A stretch of 62,923 nt of DNA, the filler included, from Candidatus Fermentibacterota bacterium (lineage in GTDB: Bacteria > JAFGKV01), in NCBI GenBank assembly GCA_016928395.1. It is 5 parts of 5 records of this genome, joined end to end, with 100 filler letters (N's around TTAATTAATTAA, not from the genome) between each part and the next. Parts side by side here need not be neighbours in the genome. Positions count along the whole stretch, not along the records: positions 36,137 to 42,445 come from JAFGKV010000178.1; positions 42,546 to 47,510 come from JAFGKV010000179.1; positions 47,611 to 62,923 come from JAFGKV010000180.1; 2 more parts are not named here. One strand, 5' to 3'. Shown here piece by piece: positions 37,701-47,611 of this stretch (the stretch's first letter is position 1; each line of letters begins with the position of its first letter). Position numbers and translations under genes: made by a program. The notes beneath the pieces were generated by a model, which ran no database searches, was not told where the DNA came from, and saw only the letters and a program-made list of their open reading frames with translations.

Positions 37701-40700
37701 TTATCGCATGACCACGAGCCGCTTCGACTCGACAAACGACTCGCTTACGATCCGGCACACGTACACACCCCTGCCCACCGTACGCCCTTGCGCATCGGTG
37801 CCATCCCACTCGGCCTCATGCGTCCCTACGGGCATCTCAGTCTCCACCACGGTCCGCACGAGACGCCCGGAGAGGTCGTAGATCTGCACCTTGACCCTCG
37901 CACCGAGGCTCATCCCATACTCGATCCGGAAGCTGCCTTCCGCCGGGTTCGGGAACACGCCGCGAAGTCCCGCCACCGTCTCTTCTGCCGGCCGCGGAGG
38001 CACCGGCGACCCTCCCCAGGCCGAACAGTCCTCGCTCGTGAATATCAAATACCAGAAGCTCCCACATCGCGAGGCCTGACCGCCCAGCCCGTCCCAGCAG
38101 TTGCCAAGCGCGCTCAGGCCCGGCGGGTTGGCGTATCTGCTCGTGTACTCGATGTCGCATTCGTTGTCGGCAAAGAGGTTCAGTCCATGATCACCGCTGG
38201 TGCCCGCGTCTACCCTGCCCCCGGCCCTGCACGAGATGCCGATGTTCGGCCCAAGCGGACCGCCTGCGAAGTCGTGGATGTTGCAGTGTCGGACGACAGG
38301 CTGGGAGTTGCTGCCCAATACTCGAATGCCCGCATTCAGAACCGGGGTCTGGTCCACAATGAACAGGTCCTGCAGCTCCAGGTCGCCCGCTCCCGTGTTC
38401 CTGTTGTAGTAGATGGCGCAGTCGGCATTGCCACTGAAGTTGCTGTAGGCCAGGATGGATGTCCCTCCTGACGGCGTCTCAGCCTTCAATCCGACGTCAT
38501 TGTCCACGAATGTGAGATCTCGGAATCCATCGCTGTTGCTGATCCAACTCTGGTTCATGTACATGCCGACGACATTGCCGTCGAAGCTGTTGCCCCGGAA
38601 CTCGGTCAGCGTCACCCCGTCGAGATACACGCCGTAGTTACACTCGCGGAAGGTGTTGTCCTCGATCACATGGGAGCCCGAGTGACTGACCAGCACACCT
38701 TTGTCGGCGTACTCGATGATGCAGTGCTCAAGATCCAGGACACTGCTCGGTCCGGCCGTGTAGATGCGAGACCATGCCCCAGGCGTATGGGCGCTTGCCG
38801 TGAAAGTGACCGGAAGGGACCCATTACCTCGCGCAACCAACCCGCCCGATACGCCAATCGATGATCCTCCGCCGAGTACCACGGTCACCCCCGGTTGGAT
38901 TATCAGGTCTGCTCCGCTTGCCACAGTCAGGACTGTCCCCTGCGGTATCAGCACAGTCTGGCCGGAGAACCAGATGGTGGTCTCGGTGATCGTTCCACTG
39001 ACCGGTAAGGTCGCCGACACCGCCGTCGCCGTTATCGCGTAGCTCCGCATGGGATACGAGCAGTGCACATAGCCGCTTCCCGAGGGACGCCCCCACCGAA
39101 CTTCGCTCTCCATGGCGTTGACGACGACATCCACCAGGTCGATGCTGCTCCCGAACCCAGGGACATGATGATAGAGGCGCTCCGAGTATGCAGGGAACGA
39201 CGACTGCGCCATGTCGATGTGCCACACATTGGTCGGGTTGTTCTCGCCGCCCGAGTAGCCGACCACGTTGGCCTGGATCAGGATGTTGTCGCTGCTGCCC
39301 CAGTTGTCCTCGTCGTGAACGTCAAAGGACATGCTCAGGATCCAATCGCCGGGAGGAACGGCCGAGACCCAGCGCGTATAGTCGGCAGCATAGATCTCGA
39401 TCCCGATCGGTTCGCTCCCGTAGCCAGGTCCATCGCGTCGAAACTCGTAGATACTCCCCGGTTGACTGACGACCGTCGTATCCGGGGTCCACGCACCGGA
39501 CATGGAGTCGGTCGCCGCGCTTCCGCATACGAAGTCGGGAAGATCGGGAAGATTATTGTAGGTGTTGTCTTCGTTGTCGCGCAGCCAGCCAAGGCCGGCC
39601 TGTCCCGGTTCCCGAATGCGGACATTGTCGTTCGGATACTCATACTTCGGATCGAATCCGGTTCCGTCCAGGAGATTGGCCAGAGTCCAGGCGTTGAATA
39701 TCTGCCTGAAGAGGTCGCCCCCGGTCGTTCCCCACGCCCAGTGGTCCTCGGCGGCCTTCAGAAACCCGTAGAAGCCGCGAACCGGACTCCCGTCCTCCTC
39801 GGCGCGGACAGCCTTGTACAGGAGATCATCATCGATAGCCTGCGGCTCTGCGCCAGGGAAATGGTCGAATATGTACCTGCTCCAGAGATAGAAGACCCAG
39901 TACTTGGTCGTTGAGTTCTTCGTCTTGCACGTCTGGTACTCGTGCTGCTGGTCCCAGACACCAAGAGGATACGTTCCAGCCTCAACTCGGGCGATCGAGT
40001 TATTGGCGACGAGATCGTAGCGATACCATGTCGCATCCTCGTGATCGGCCCCTACATTCGTGCGCGACCGTCCGGCTGCAACCACCGCTCCCTCAGCGAA
40101 CAACTCTTCGAAGAAGCCGTGGTCAAACTCGTTGTAGTCGAAATGACTCCTGATTGTGTGCTGCAACTCGTGACAGAACGTCCTCGGAGCCCTGTTGCCA
40201 ATCGGCCAGTCGTCGGGAATCGCCTTGTAGAGAGGGGGGACCGGAGAAGGGTACATGATGTTGAGGGTGACGTCATTGCCTCCAGCCGTAGAATACAGAT
40301 GATCCCTGAGTTTGATGTCAACGTCGGTAGCCCCCGAGGGGTACCGGAAGTTGCTGTTGTAAGGATCGTAGCTCGGGTCACCGTACACCGGCCGGATAGG
40401 CCCGGATGCGAAGTAGTTCCAGATCTCCCGGATGTCGTTGCCGTCCGGAAACCAGATCTGCTCGATGAACGTGCGGAGGTGTGCATCATCCAGCAGTGTC
40501 TCGTCATACATCCAGATGAGGCTGTCTTCGACAAACAGATTGATGTCAGCATCGAGTTCTGCGCGTATCGTATCAGCCCAGATCCCTTCGAAAAGATCAT
40601 ACACGTCAATCTCAATCCAGCCGTGACGCGTCTCCTCGTCCTCGGGGAATCCGCACTCGACATAGTCATCGGCAACGGCATTCCCGTGGAGCAGCACTGA

Positions 40701-40733
40701 AATGATGCTCAGAGTGAATGCGAGGCTTCTCAT
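37701..40733 (-). CDS. Large secreted protein: HExxH metallopeptidase-like domain, right-handed beta-helix and FlgD-Ig/T9SS-like C-terminal domain
   Basis: Signal peptide; FCHELQH...FFEELFAE; parallel beta-helix repeats (IEDNTF, FRGNSF); FPNP...IYDLSGRLVR....WDG.D..G..V..GVY...KRLVVMR. Confidence 0.8.
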   Translation of the reverse strand: MRSLAFTLSIISVLLHGNAVADDYVECGFPEDEETRHGWIEIDVYDLFEGIWADTIRAELDADINLFVEDSLIWMYDETLLDDAHLRTFIEQIWFPDGNDIREIWNYFASGPIRPVYGDPSYDPYNSNFRYPSGATDVDIKLRDHLYSTAGGNDVTLNIMYPSPVPPLYKAIPDDWPIGNRAPRTFCHELQHTIRSHFDYNEFDHGFFEELFAEGAVVAAGRSRTNVGADHEDATWYRYDLVANNSIARVEAGTYPLGVWDQQHEYQTCKTKNSTTKYWVFYLWSRYIFDHFPGAEPQAIDDDLLYKAVRAEEDGSPVRGFYGFLKAAEDHWAWGTTGGDLFRQIFNAWTLANLLDGTGFDPKYEYPNDNVRIREPGQAGLGWLRDNEDNTYNNLPDLPDFVCGSAATDSMSGAWTPDTTVVSQPGSIYEFRRDGPGYGSEPIGIEIYAADYTRWVSAVPPGDWILSMSFDVHDEDNWGSSDNILIQANVVGYSGGENNPTNVWHIDMAQSSFPAYSERLYHHVPGFGSSIDLVDVVVNAMESEVRWGRPSGSGYVHCSYPMRSYAITATAVSATLPVSGTITETTIWFSGQTVLIPQGTVLTVASGADLIIQPGVTVVLGGGSSIGVSGGLVARGNGSLPVTFTASAHTPGAWSRIYTAGPSSVLDLEHCIIEYADKGVLVSHSGSHVIEDNTFRECNYGVYLDGVTLTEFRGNSFDGNVVGMYMNQSWISNSDGFRDLTFVDNDVGLKAETPSGGTSILAYSNFSGNADCAIYYNRNTGAGDLELQDLFIVDQTPVLNAGIRVLGSNSQPVVRHCNIHDFAGGPLGPNIGISCRAGGRVDAGTSGDHGLNLFADNECDIEYTSRYANPPGLSALGNCWDGLGGQASRCGSFWYLIFTSEDCSAWGGSPVPPRPAEETVAGLRGVFPNPAEGSFRIEYGMSLGARVKVQIYDLSGRLVRTVVETEMPVGTHEAEWDGTDAQGRTVGRGVYVCRIVSESFVESKRLVVMR

Positions 40734-40786
40734 CCTTGACCTCCTTGCTTGAGCCATGATGGATACCCTCTGAATCAGGCAACCTG

Positions 40787-42376
40787 TCACTTGAGGACCA
40801 CTATTCGCCTCTCACTGACGCAACCCCCTGTGCTAAGGTGAACCACGTATGTTCCTGGACAGACCAATTCGCCCGTGTCGTCTCTACAGTCCCAAACGAG
40901 CGCAACCTCAGTCGGTGCGTCGGATCTCCCCGAAGATAGCCGACACTCAATCTGCCTAACCCGACGACCAAGCAGGTCGAAGACAACGGTCTGATCACCA
41001 GGGCACGGTCGAGTAATCGTTGTCTTGCACCCCAGAACAACCGGGTTTGGGGCCCACCAGACATTGGGCTCGGCGGAGAAATGTTGTGAAGTAATCCCTT
41101 CCACGTGGTTGACTGAACGGCTCGTCAACACTTCGCGATCCGTGCCATCCCATCCCTCCCATACCACCCAGGCTTGACCGTCATTTGCAACCGCAAGATC
41201 GGAGTACTCATCCCTGAACCCATCGGCCGTGCTGATACGTTGTTCGGGGCTCCACCGCCCGCCGGTCCTGTGGCTGAAGTAGATTTCCTGGTCAAAGTCC
41301 CCGTATCCCCATTCCCGTCCGACCCACGAAACCCATGGCGACCCGATCGGCGCGACGCAGATATGTGCATCCGCATCGCCTGCATTCTGTCCCGCCCAGG
41401 TCGAATCCGGCGCAGTAATCCTTTCCCGTTCAGACCAATCCCCTTCTGAACAGCTGGATGAGTAGATGTCTCCTCCTTCTGACCATGCAACCCACACCTC
41501 GCCATCCGGACCGATGTCAAGCTGTGTTGCGACCTCCGCCCTCGGAAACGTATCCACAGGCGCCCATCCGTCCTCCTCCCAGTGCGTGTACAGGGAGACC
41601 GATTCCCATGTCGGAGAGCCCAATGAGCGAACCCACATTACCCATACCTCCCCGTTCTCTCCAGTAGCCAGATCCCTTCCTCCCACGTCTCCTGGGCCAG
41701 GCTCCTCGGAGAACGGCTGGGCATCGCTCCACGCGCCGGCTAGCCATCTGCTGTAGAAGAGCTCCCTACTGCCTTGATCAGGCGGCCACCACGACCAGAT
41801 GAGCCAAGGAGTTCCCCACGAATCGACCTCAAGCACCGGTGACCCGGGGCCCGGCTCATCCTCGAGCTCGGGGAATACTAGCTCTTCCTGCTCCCACCCA
41901 TCGCCAGCCCATCTCGCGTAGTACAGTCTGGTGCCCCCGCTCACAGCCGTGGTCCACACCACCCATACGTTGCCATCTGGCCCCACAGCTACGTCGGGGT
42001 AGACGTCGTCTGCGGAGTTGTCGGAGTTCACCCGCACGGGTAGACTCCACGCTTCAGCGTTCCAGGTTGAGGCGAGCACCTCACGATCATATCCGTCGAA
42101 CCCCGTCCATACCACCCAGACCTTGCCATCAGGACCTGAAGCAATCTGGGGCAACCGATCATCATACACATCATCTAGACTGATCTGAGCCTCAGGTGTC
42201 CATTCGATCTGGGCATGGAGGGGAAGAGCATGGAAGAGAAGGGCGAGAATGGGGAGAACGGCGACGAATGGCGGCGATGGGAAACGCTTGCGCAATGCCA
42301 TTGCCAGAGTCCGTTGCAGTTTCGTCGATTCGACCGGCTTCATGTCACGCGCCCCCGCGTTGAATAAACGGGTCAT
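40787..42376 (-). CDS. Secreted Trp-rich beta-propeller-like protein with FlgD-Ig/T9SS-like C-terminal domain
   Basis: Repeats GPDG.VWVVW / W.G.DG.DRE; C-terminal APNP...FDLLGRRVR...WD.RD..G..V.PG.Y...RRIVVLK; start may be 42301. Confidence 0.78.
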   Translation of the reverse strand: MTRLFNAGARDMKPVESTKLQRTLAMALRKRFPSPPFVAVLPILALLFHALPLHAQIEWTPEAQISLDDVYDDRLPQIASGPDGKVWVVWTGFDGYDREVLASTWNAEAWSLPVRVNSDNSADDVYPDVAVGPDGNVWVVWTTAVSGGTRLYYARWAGDGWEQEELVFPELEDEPGPGSPVLEVDSWGTPWLIWSWWPPDQGSRELFYSRWLAGAWSDAQPFSEEPGPGDVGGRDLATGENGEVWVMWVRSLGSPTWESVSLYTHWEEDGWAPVDTFPRAEVATQLDIGPDGEVWVAWSEGGDIYSSSCSEGDWSERERITAPDSTWAGQNAGDADAHICVAPIGSPWVSWVGREWGYGDFDQEIYFSHRTGGRWSPEQRISTADGFRDEYSDLAVANDGQAWVVWEGWDGTDREVLTSRSVNHVEGITSQHFSAEPNVWWAPNPVVLGCKTTITRPCPGDQTVVFDLLGRRVRQIECRLSSGRSDAPTEVALVWDCRDDTGELVCPGTYVVHLSTGGCVSERRIVVLK

Positions 42377-42445
42377 AGGGCCGCCTCAAAGGACACCCGC
42401 CCATTGGGGACAAGGAGAAGATGCTGATCCAGGCGTTTCCATACA

Positions 42446-42545
42446 NNNNNNNNNNNNNNNNNNNNNNNNNNNNNNNNNNNNNNNNNNNNTTAATTAATTA
42501 ANNNNNNNNNNNNNNNNNNNNNNNNNNNNNNNNNNNNNNNNNNNN
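42446..42545. other. Artificial contig spacer
   Basis: N run with TTAATTAATTAA. Confidence 0.99.
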
Positions 42546-42600
42546 AGGCGGCGCAGCATCCAATCTCAATCAGTGACGTGACCACCATTCCTCGAGGGCT

Positions 42601-42984
42601 TCATTCTACCTCAGCGCCGCGCTCCTGGAGCAAAGCCAGTAGTATGGAGCGGTGGCAGCGTTGGTCGTCGGCGCAGTAGCAGCCGACGGAGAAGTTGGTT
42701 TGGCGGGAGAGCGCGGCCAGCAGGTCGAGGACTCTGCTCTGGTCCGGCTCAGCCATTTCGGCTCTGTAACGGCGCGAGAGCACTTTCGAGTCAGCACCGG
42801 CGGGCGTACGGAACAGCTTCAGCAACTCGGCGCTCGGGGCCAAGTTGGGGAACCAGACATCGTACCAGTTCTGCGCGGCGTACTGCGTCTTTGGCACGCC
42901 CCGCGGCGGGTGCCTCACCGTGCCGATGCGAAGGCCCTCGCCCTGCAATCTAGGTGTGCCGAGGCGCACAATCCGGACTGTCAT
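42601..42984 (-). CDS. DUF488 (YeaO-like) family protein
   Basis: GLRIGTVR.PPRGV.K, DVW.P.LAPS, RY..EM, GCYC.D...CHRS.L. Confidence 0.85.
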   Translation of the reverse strand: MTVRIVRLGTPRLQGEGLRIGTVRHPPRGVPKTQYAAQNWYDVWFPNLAPSAELLKLFRTPAGADSKVLSRRYRAEMAEPDQSRVLDLLAALSRQTNFSVGCYCADDQRCHRSILLALLQERGAEVE

Positions 42985-43009
42985 GGCATGATCCTCTCTG
43001 TGCCGGGGA

Positions 43010-43513
43010 TCACTCCGCCTTCCATAACCGGGCCAACTCGGCGCCCCAGGCCTTGGCCCGCTCCACCTCGGCGTCGGCCAACGGCCCGTACGTACCCTTG
43101 ACGAGAAACCGCTCATCCTTGGCAATCGGTTGGTACCCGGCCCTCATCAGGCTCTTGCCGATCGCCCCAGTGGCGCTTCCGGGAGACCACTTGAATCGGG
43201 TCTCGAAGGCCGCTGAGCGGCCGCTGCCCTTGGGCAGAGCGGCCAGCCATGATCGTAGCGATGGCTGGGAGAGGTCGGCTGGTCTCTGAGCATGTTTGGG
43301 GTCCCGGCCTATGCTGTTCCGCATGCTTTCGGTGGGGAGCCGGAAGCCCAGAAGTGGCGCACCTGCCACTATGAGATCTGCGCCGGCCAGTGCCTCAACT
43401 GACGCTTGGCTGGTGGACAAAGCACTCGCCTCCGCGCCAATGCCTTCCGCTATGGCGCGGGCGATGGCTGCCGTGTTGCCCCAGAGCGATTCGTAGACAA
43501 CGATGGCCTTCAT
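43010..43513 (-). CDS. Flavodoxin domain-containing protein
   Basis: VVYESLWGNT..IA.AIAEG, DL.V.G.P, AAF.TR, F.V....GPL...E.ERA..WG. Confidence 0.85.
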   Translation of the reverse strand: MKAIVVYESLWGNTAAIARAIAEGIGAEASALSTSQASVEALAGADLIVAGAPLLGFRLPTESMRNSIGRDPKHAQRPADLSQPSLRSWLAALPKGSGRSAAFETRFKWSPGSATGAIGKSLMRAGYQPIAKDERFLVKGTYGPLADAEVERAKAWGAELARLWKAE

Positions 43514-43565
43514 CGCGTGCACTCCTTTGATGGGTCAGAGTCGGGGGTTGGCTGTTGTGGCATAG

Positions 43566-44147
43566 CTACGCCTGCTTCCACTCCCCGACGTACTTGCAGC
43601 GCTTGGCACCCTCCATGACGCATTCCACTTCTTCGACCCGGATGACCTTTGCCTTGGTCAGCTCGGCAACGGCGTACATGTACCCTTCCATGGTGTAACA
43701 GAACTCCTTGCAGGGCGCCGGCAAGTCAGCGATATAGACGCAGGCTTCGGTCTTGCCTACCGGCTCCACCTTAAGCGAGCCGTGCGTATGCATTATCCCC
43801 CAAAGAAGCGGGCTCCTGGTCAGCATGAACTTGGTATCAAACATGCGGATGAGCGACTTGTAGTACTTGTTGATGCCGTCGGTGGCGGTGAACCTACCCA
43901 TTTCGAAGAAGAATTCGCGAGGCTTCTTGTTGTTGGAGGATGATGCCAGGTACTTGGCAGTGGCGAGCAGGAAATCCCGGTACGTCTGTTCTGAAATCCA
44001 GTCTGAAGGCAACAGCCTCTTGCCGGAGAGCTCTTGGCTGTCGAAACTGGTGAGGATGCTTGTAATGGCAGGTTCTCCGAGGCTCTGGCTGACGAACACC
44101 ATGGCGGAATTGAGGATGGATGCCTTTATCCGAGGTTCCTTTGCCAT
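43566..44147 (-). CDS. Stand-alone V4R/HNOB-like ligand-binding protein (similar to TIGR02265-type proteins)
   Basis: C-terminal C...EG...E.EC...G...C.Y...W V4R signature; P..W and G.F motifs. Confidence 0.6.
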   Translation of the reverse strand: MAKEPRIKASILNSAMVFVSQSLGEPAITSILTSFDSQELSGKRLLPSDWISEQTYRDFLLATAKYLASSSNNKKPREFFFEMGRFTATDGINKYYKSLIRMFDTKFMLTRSPLLWGIMHTHGSLKVEPVGKTEACVYIADLPAPCKEFCYTMEGYMYAVAELTKAKVIRVEEVECVMEGAKRCKYVGEWKQA

Positions 44148-44301
44148 TTCCCGTCTCCCTGATGCAGTTGCTGCCAGCCGCCCGAGCGCGTCATGGGCCA
44201 GTGGTTGTCCGAATGGTATGGCCCAGCGGTGGACGATGTCAACCGCTGGCTTTGCGACTGTGCCGTCGATCCGGCCTGATTTCGAGCAGTCGGCAGCCGC
44301 A

Positions 44302-45041
44302 CTACTTCGCCTTCCACTTCGGCGGATGCTTCTCGAAGAATGCTCCCAGGCCTTCTATTAGGTCCTCGGTCTGCAGAAGTCTGGCATGGGCCTGATCACT
44401 GCGCTTCCAACTCGCTGACTCATCACCGCCGACCTCAGCGTTGAACACGGTGAGCGCTTCGCGAACGGCCACAGGCGCATTCTCGCAGATCTTGCCCGCG
44501 AGTGCCAGCGCACTGGAGAGAGCTTTCCCCGGGTCGACCAGGGCATGAACGAATCCGAGACGCTCGGCACGCTCCGCCGTCAGGTTGTCGCCCGTGAGTA
44601 GCATTTCGCGCGGCACGTTTAGCGGCAGGAACCGCCCGATTCGGAAGACCCCACCGAAGTCCGGCATCAATCCTCGTTTCACCTCGGGCAAACCAAAGAC
44701 TGCCTTGGACGAAGCCACAACCATGTCGCGCAACACAGGATCAGCTCCACCCCGCCGCCCAATGCCATGCCCTCGACAGCAGCAACCAACGGTTTGGTGC
44801 GTATCCGGGTGATGAGTCCCACTATGCCGCCGCGCTGAGTTGGCTCGGGGGGACCCTCGGTGAGATCGGCGCCCGCCGAGAAGACTGAATCGGTCCCCGT
44901 CAAAACGCCGCACCAAAGCTCGGCATCATCCTCCAGGTCATTCATGGCGGCGTTCAGGGCATTACGCTTGTGTGGCCTGAACATCTTGACGACCAGAATG
45001 TGATTATGGCGCTCCGGAAAGGATGTCAACGGGCGAGGCAT
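44302..45041 (-). pseudogene. Enoyl-CoA hydratase/isomerase, frameshifted
   Basis: RP.KRNAL, FSAGADL, KPLVAAVEGMALGGG.EL in one frame; DMVVAS..A.FGLPEVKRGL in another; extra GC near 44729. Confidence 0.8.
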
Positions 45042-45053
45042 CGGGAGCGGCGC

Positions 45054-46716
45054 CTAGCCCGTCTGGCGCAGGTCCCGCCGCTGGAAGAGGACCACCGACA
45101 GCGCGATAAGCATTATGATGATGCCGGCGAGGACGCCGGCGTTGATCCAGTCCATGCCGTTGTTGAGCGGATCGTTGCCGAGGTAGTAGTGGAAGGGAGA
45201 GGTCCTGGCCCACCCCGCGATGGTATCATTCAGTTCCGCCAGACCATTGAGAACATGCAGAACGAGGCCCGCCCCCACCGCTCCGAAAACGGCCACGCCC
45301 CTGCGTCCGGTGCCCGCGCCCAAAGCCAGCGCCAGGGCGCCGAAGACCAGCCCGACGAGTGTCTGCAGCAGGCACGCGGCTGCGATGTGTCCCGTGTGTA
45401 TGCCCAGGCCGCCGAGCGCCGAACCCAGGGCGACCCCGGCGAATGTCACGAAACCCACCAGAACGGCAAAGAGTATCATGGTCCGGGTCTTCTCGAGGAT
45501 GACCCTGGAGCGCTTGATTGGATTGGCGAGCAGCAGGCCCATGGTCCGGCGAGACTCTTCTCCGGCAAGCGCACCGGCCCCGATGGCAAATCGTAACCAC
45601 CATGACCACGATGGGGGCCATCATCCCGAACGTCTCGATCTGGTAGAAGCCCTGGGGAGTGGAGATGTCCCCGCCGCCGAAAAGGGCCAGCATGACCTCG
45701 GGGAAACCCGAGAATGTAGTAAGGAGATCTTCAGGGATGGCGGCGTACATCGGACCGAGCATCACTCCCTGCACGAAGAACGTGTAAACGGCCACGAGAA
45801 GGAGCAGCCACTGATACTCGGCTGCGGTTTTCGCCCAGATGCTGGAGACCCGGGCCGAGCCCGCGAGGCGGCCGATGACCTTCCCGATGAGCGGGTTGGT
45901 GCGAAGGCGATCGATGATCGTGATGCCGATGGACTGGGCTTTAAGGTCGCGCCGGTTGACGCCGATCAGCGCCACGGTGGCAAAGGCAATGCACCCACCG
46001 GACAGCACGCCAATGTGTCCCCAACTGACCCCGTTGAGCAACGGATCAGCACCATTGAAGTAGTACCATGGAAAGGCCTTAACGTAGTCCCCGGCGCCTT
46101 CCACGAGGGGCAGTACGCCCACGGCGACGAAAGACAGGAGCATGACTCCGGCGGCGACTCCGGCCGCTGCCCCCTGGTTTCCGGTCCAGGCGCCCACTGC
46201 CATCGCCAGGAAGCCATAGAAGAGCGTGCTGACCACGAGATGGAAAGTGAGTGCCCCGAGTTGCAGTCCGGCGATCGAAATGCCCAGGGCCTGGGCCGAG
46301 AGATGGATGGTGCCCCAGCATGCCAGAACGCCCAAACCAGCGAGGAGCACAATCGATGCCGCCTTGGAGACGAGCAGGTGGGTCCGGCTCCTGGGGTTGG
46401 CCAGCAGCAGCGCGATGGTTCCCGCCCGCTCCTCGCCAGCGATGGAGGCCGCCCCCATGCCGAGGGCGATCGCCGCGAACGTCATCGACCCGTACGAACC
46501 CATGTGCGCGTTGATGGCCAGGCTCGCCACCTCTGCGTTCTCGGGGATACCCAGCATGGAGCGGTAGATTTCCGGCAGCGAGGTGTAGAAGCTGAGATCG
46601 ATCTCCCGGTAAGCCCACATGGACAGCAGCAGCATGGCGGAGAGGCTGGCGATGGCAATGACCCATCCCCTCCAGTTGTCCCGGAGCGTCTTGGCGAGCA
46701 CGCTGGCGAGCATCAC
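45054..46716 (-). pseudogene. ABC-2 type permease with two tandem permease domains, interrupted by a +1 frameshift
   Basis: First domain has GAASIAGEERAGTIALLLANP.SR; an extra base at about 45588-45590 shifts VTI/AIGAGALAGEE...MGLLLANPIKR into another frame. Confidence 0.75.
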
Positions 46717-47510
46717 GTACTTCTCTCCTCGTCACGGTAATAGGTGAGGAATATCTCCTCCAGGTCGGCTTCCTGGGTACTAATGTCGACGATGGTGTGG
46801 CGCTGCACCACCGCGTTCAGCAGCGGGCCCATCTCGCCATCGAGTGATAGGAGGACACGGTGCTTGCTGACCGTGATATCACGAACGCCTGGCACGGACC
46901 CGAAGACGGCGGCATCTGCCGGGGAGTCAAGCTCGAGGTCAATGCGGCGCATGGCCTTCGAACGGAGACCGGAGACGGTTTCCACGGCGGCCAGGCGGCC
47001 GCGCCGGATAATCCCGACGCGGTCGGCAACGTGCTCCACCTCCGACAGGGCATGGCTGGAGAGGAATACGGCGCAACCGTTGGCGGCGGCCTCGCGCAGC
47101 ATCTCTTGGAACTCGCGCTGCATCAGCGGGTCGAGACCCGCGCTGGGTTCGTCGAGAATGAGCACTTCGGGCTTGTTCATGAAGGCCTGGATGATGCCCA
47201 CCTTCTGCCGGTTGCCCGAGGACAGGTCACCCACCTTCTTGTTCAGGTCGGAGTGAAGACGCTCAGCAAGCTGGTCCACGCGGGACCAGTCCACGCCGCC
47301 CCTGAGGTTTGCATAATAGGTCAGGGTCTCCCGGCCCGTGAGGTTGGGGTACATCGCCAATTCGCCGGGCACGTAGCCGATGTGCCGGCGGATCTCCACG
47401 GACTTCTGATGCGTGTCCATCCCGACGATCGAGGCCCGCCCGGCGGTGGGCCGGATCTCGTCGAGCAGCGTTCGGATTGTGGTCGTCTTGCCGGCGCCGT
47501 TCGGGCCCAG
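46713..47510 (-). CDS. ABC transporter ATP-binding protein (5' truncated by contig end)
   Basis: LGPNGAGKTT at the contig edge, LSSGNRQKV, ILDEPSAGLDP, SSH, EADLEEIFL. Confidence 0.9.
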   Translation of the reverse strand: MGPNGAGKTTTIRTLLDEIRPTAGRASIVGMDTHQKSVEIRRHIGYVPGELAMYPNLTGRETLTYYANLRGGVDWSRVDQLAERLHSDLNKKVGDLSSGNRQKVGIIQAFMNKPEVLILDEPSAGLDPLMQREFQEMLREAAANGCAVFLSSHALSEVEHVADRVGIIRRGRLAAVETVSGLRSKAMRRIDLELDSPADAAVFGSVPGVRDITVSKHRVLLSLDGEMGPLLNAVVQRHTIVDISTQEADLEEIFLTYYRDEERST

Positions 47511-47610
47511 NNNNNNNNNNNNNNNNNNNNNNNNNNNNNNNNNNNNNNNNNNNNTTAATTAATTAANNNNNNNNNNNNNNNNNNNNNNNNNNNNNNNNNN
47601 NNNNNNNNNN
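47511..47610. other. Artificial contig spacer
   Basis: N run with TTAATTAATTAA. Confidence 0.99.
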
Positions 47611-47611
47611 C

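Noticed and set aside
27894-47610. Four identical TTAATTAATTAA motifs flanked by N runs
   Set aside because: Artificial contig linkers with six-frame stops, not biological repeats; gene adjacency across them was not interpreted.
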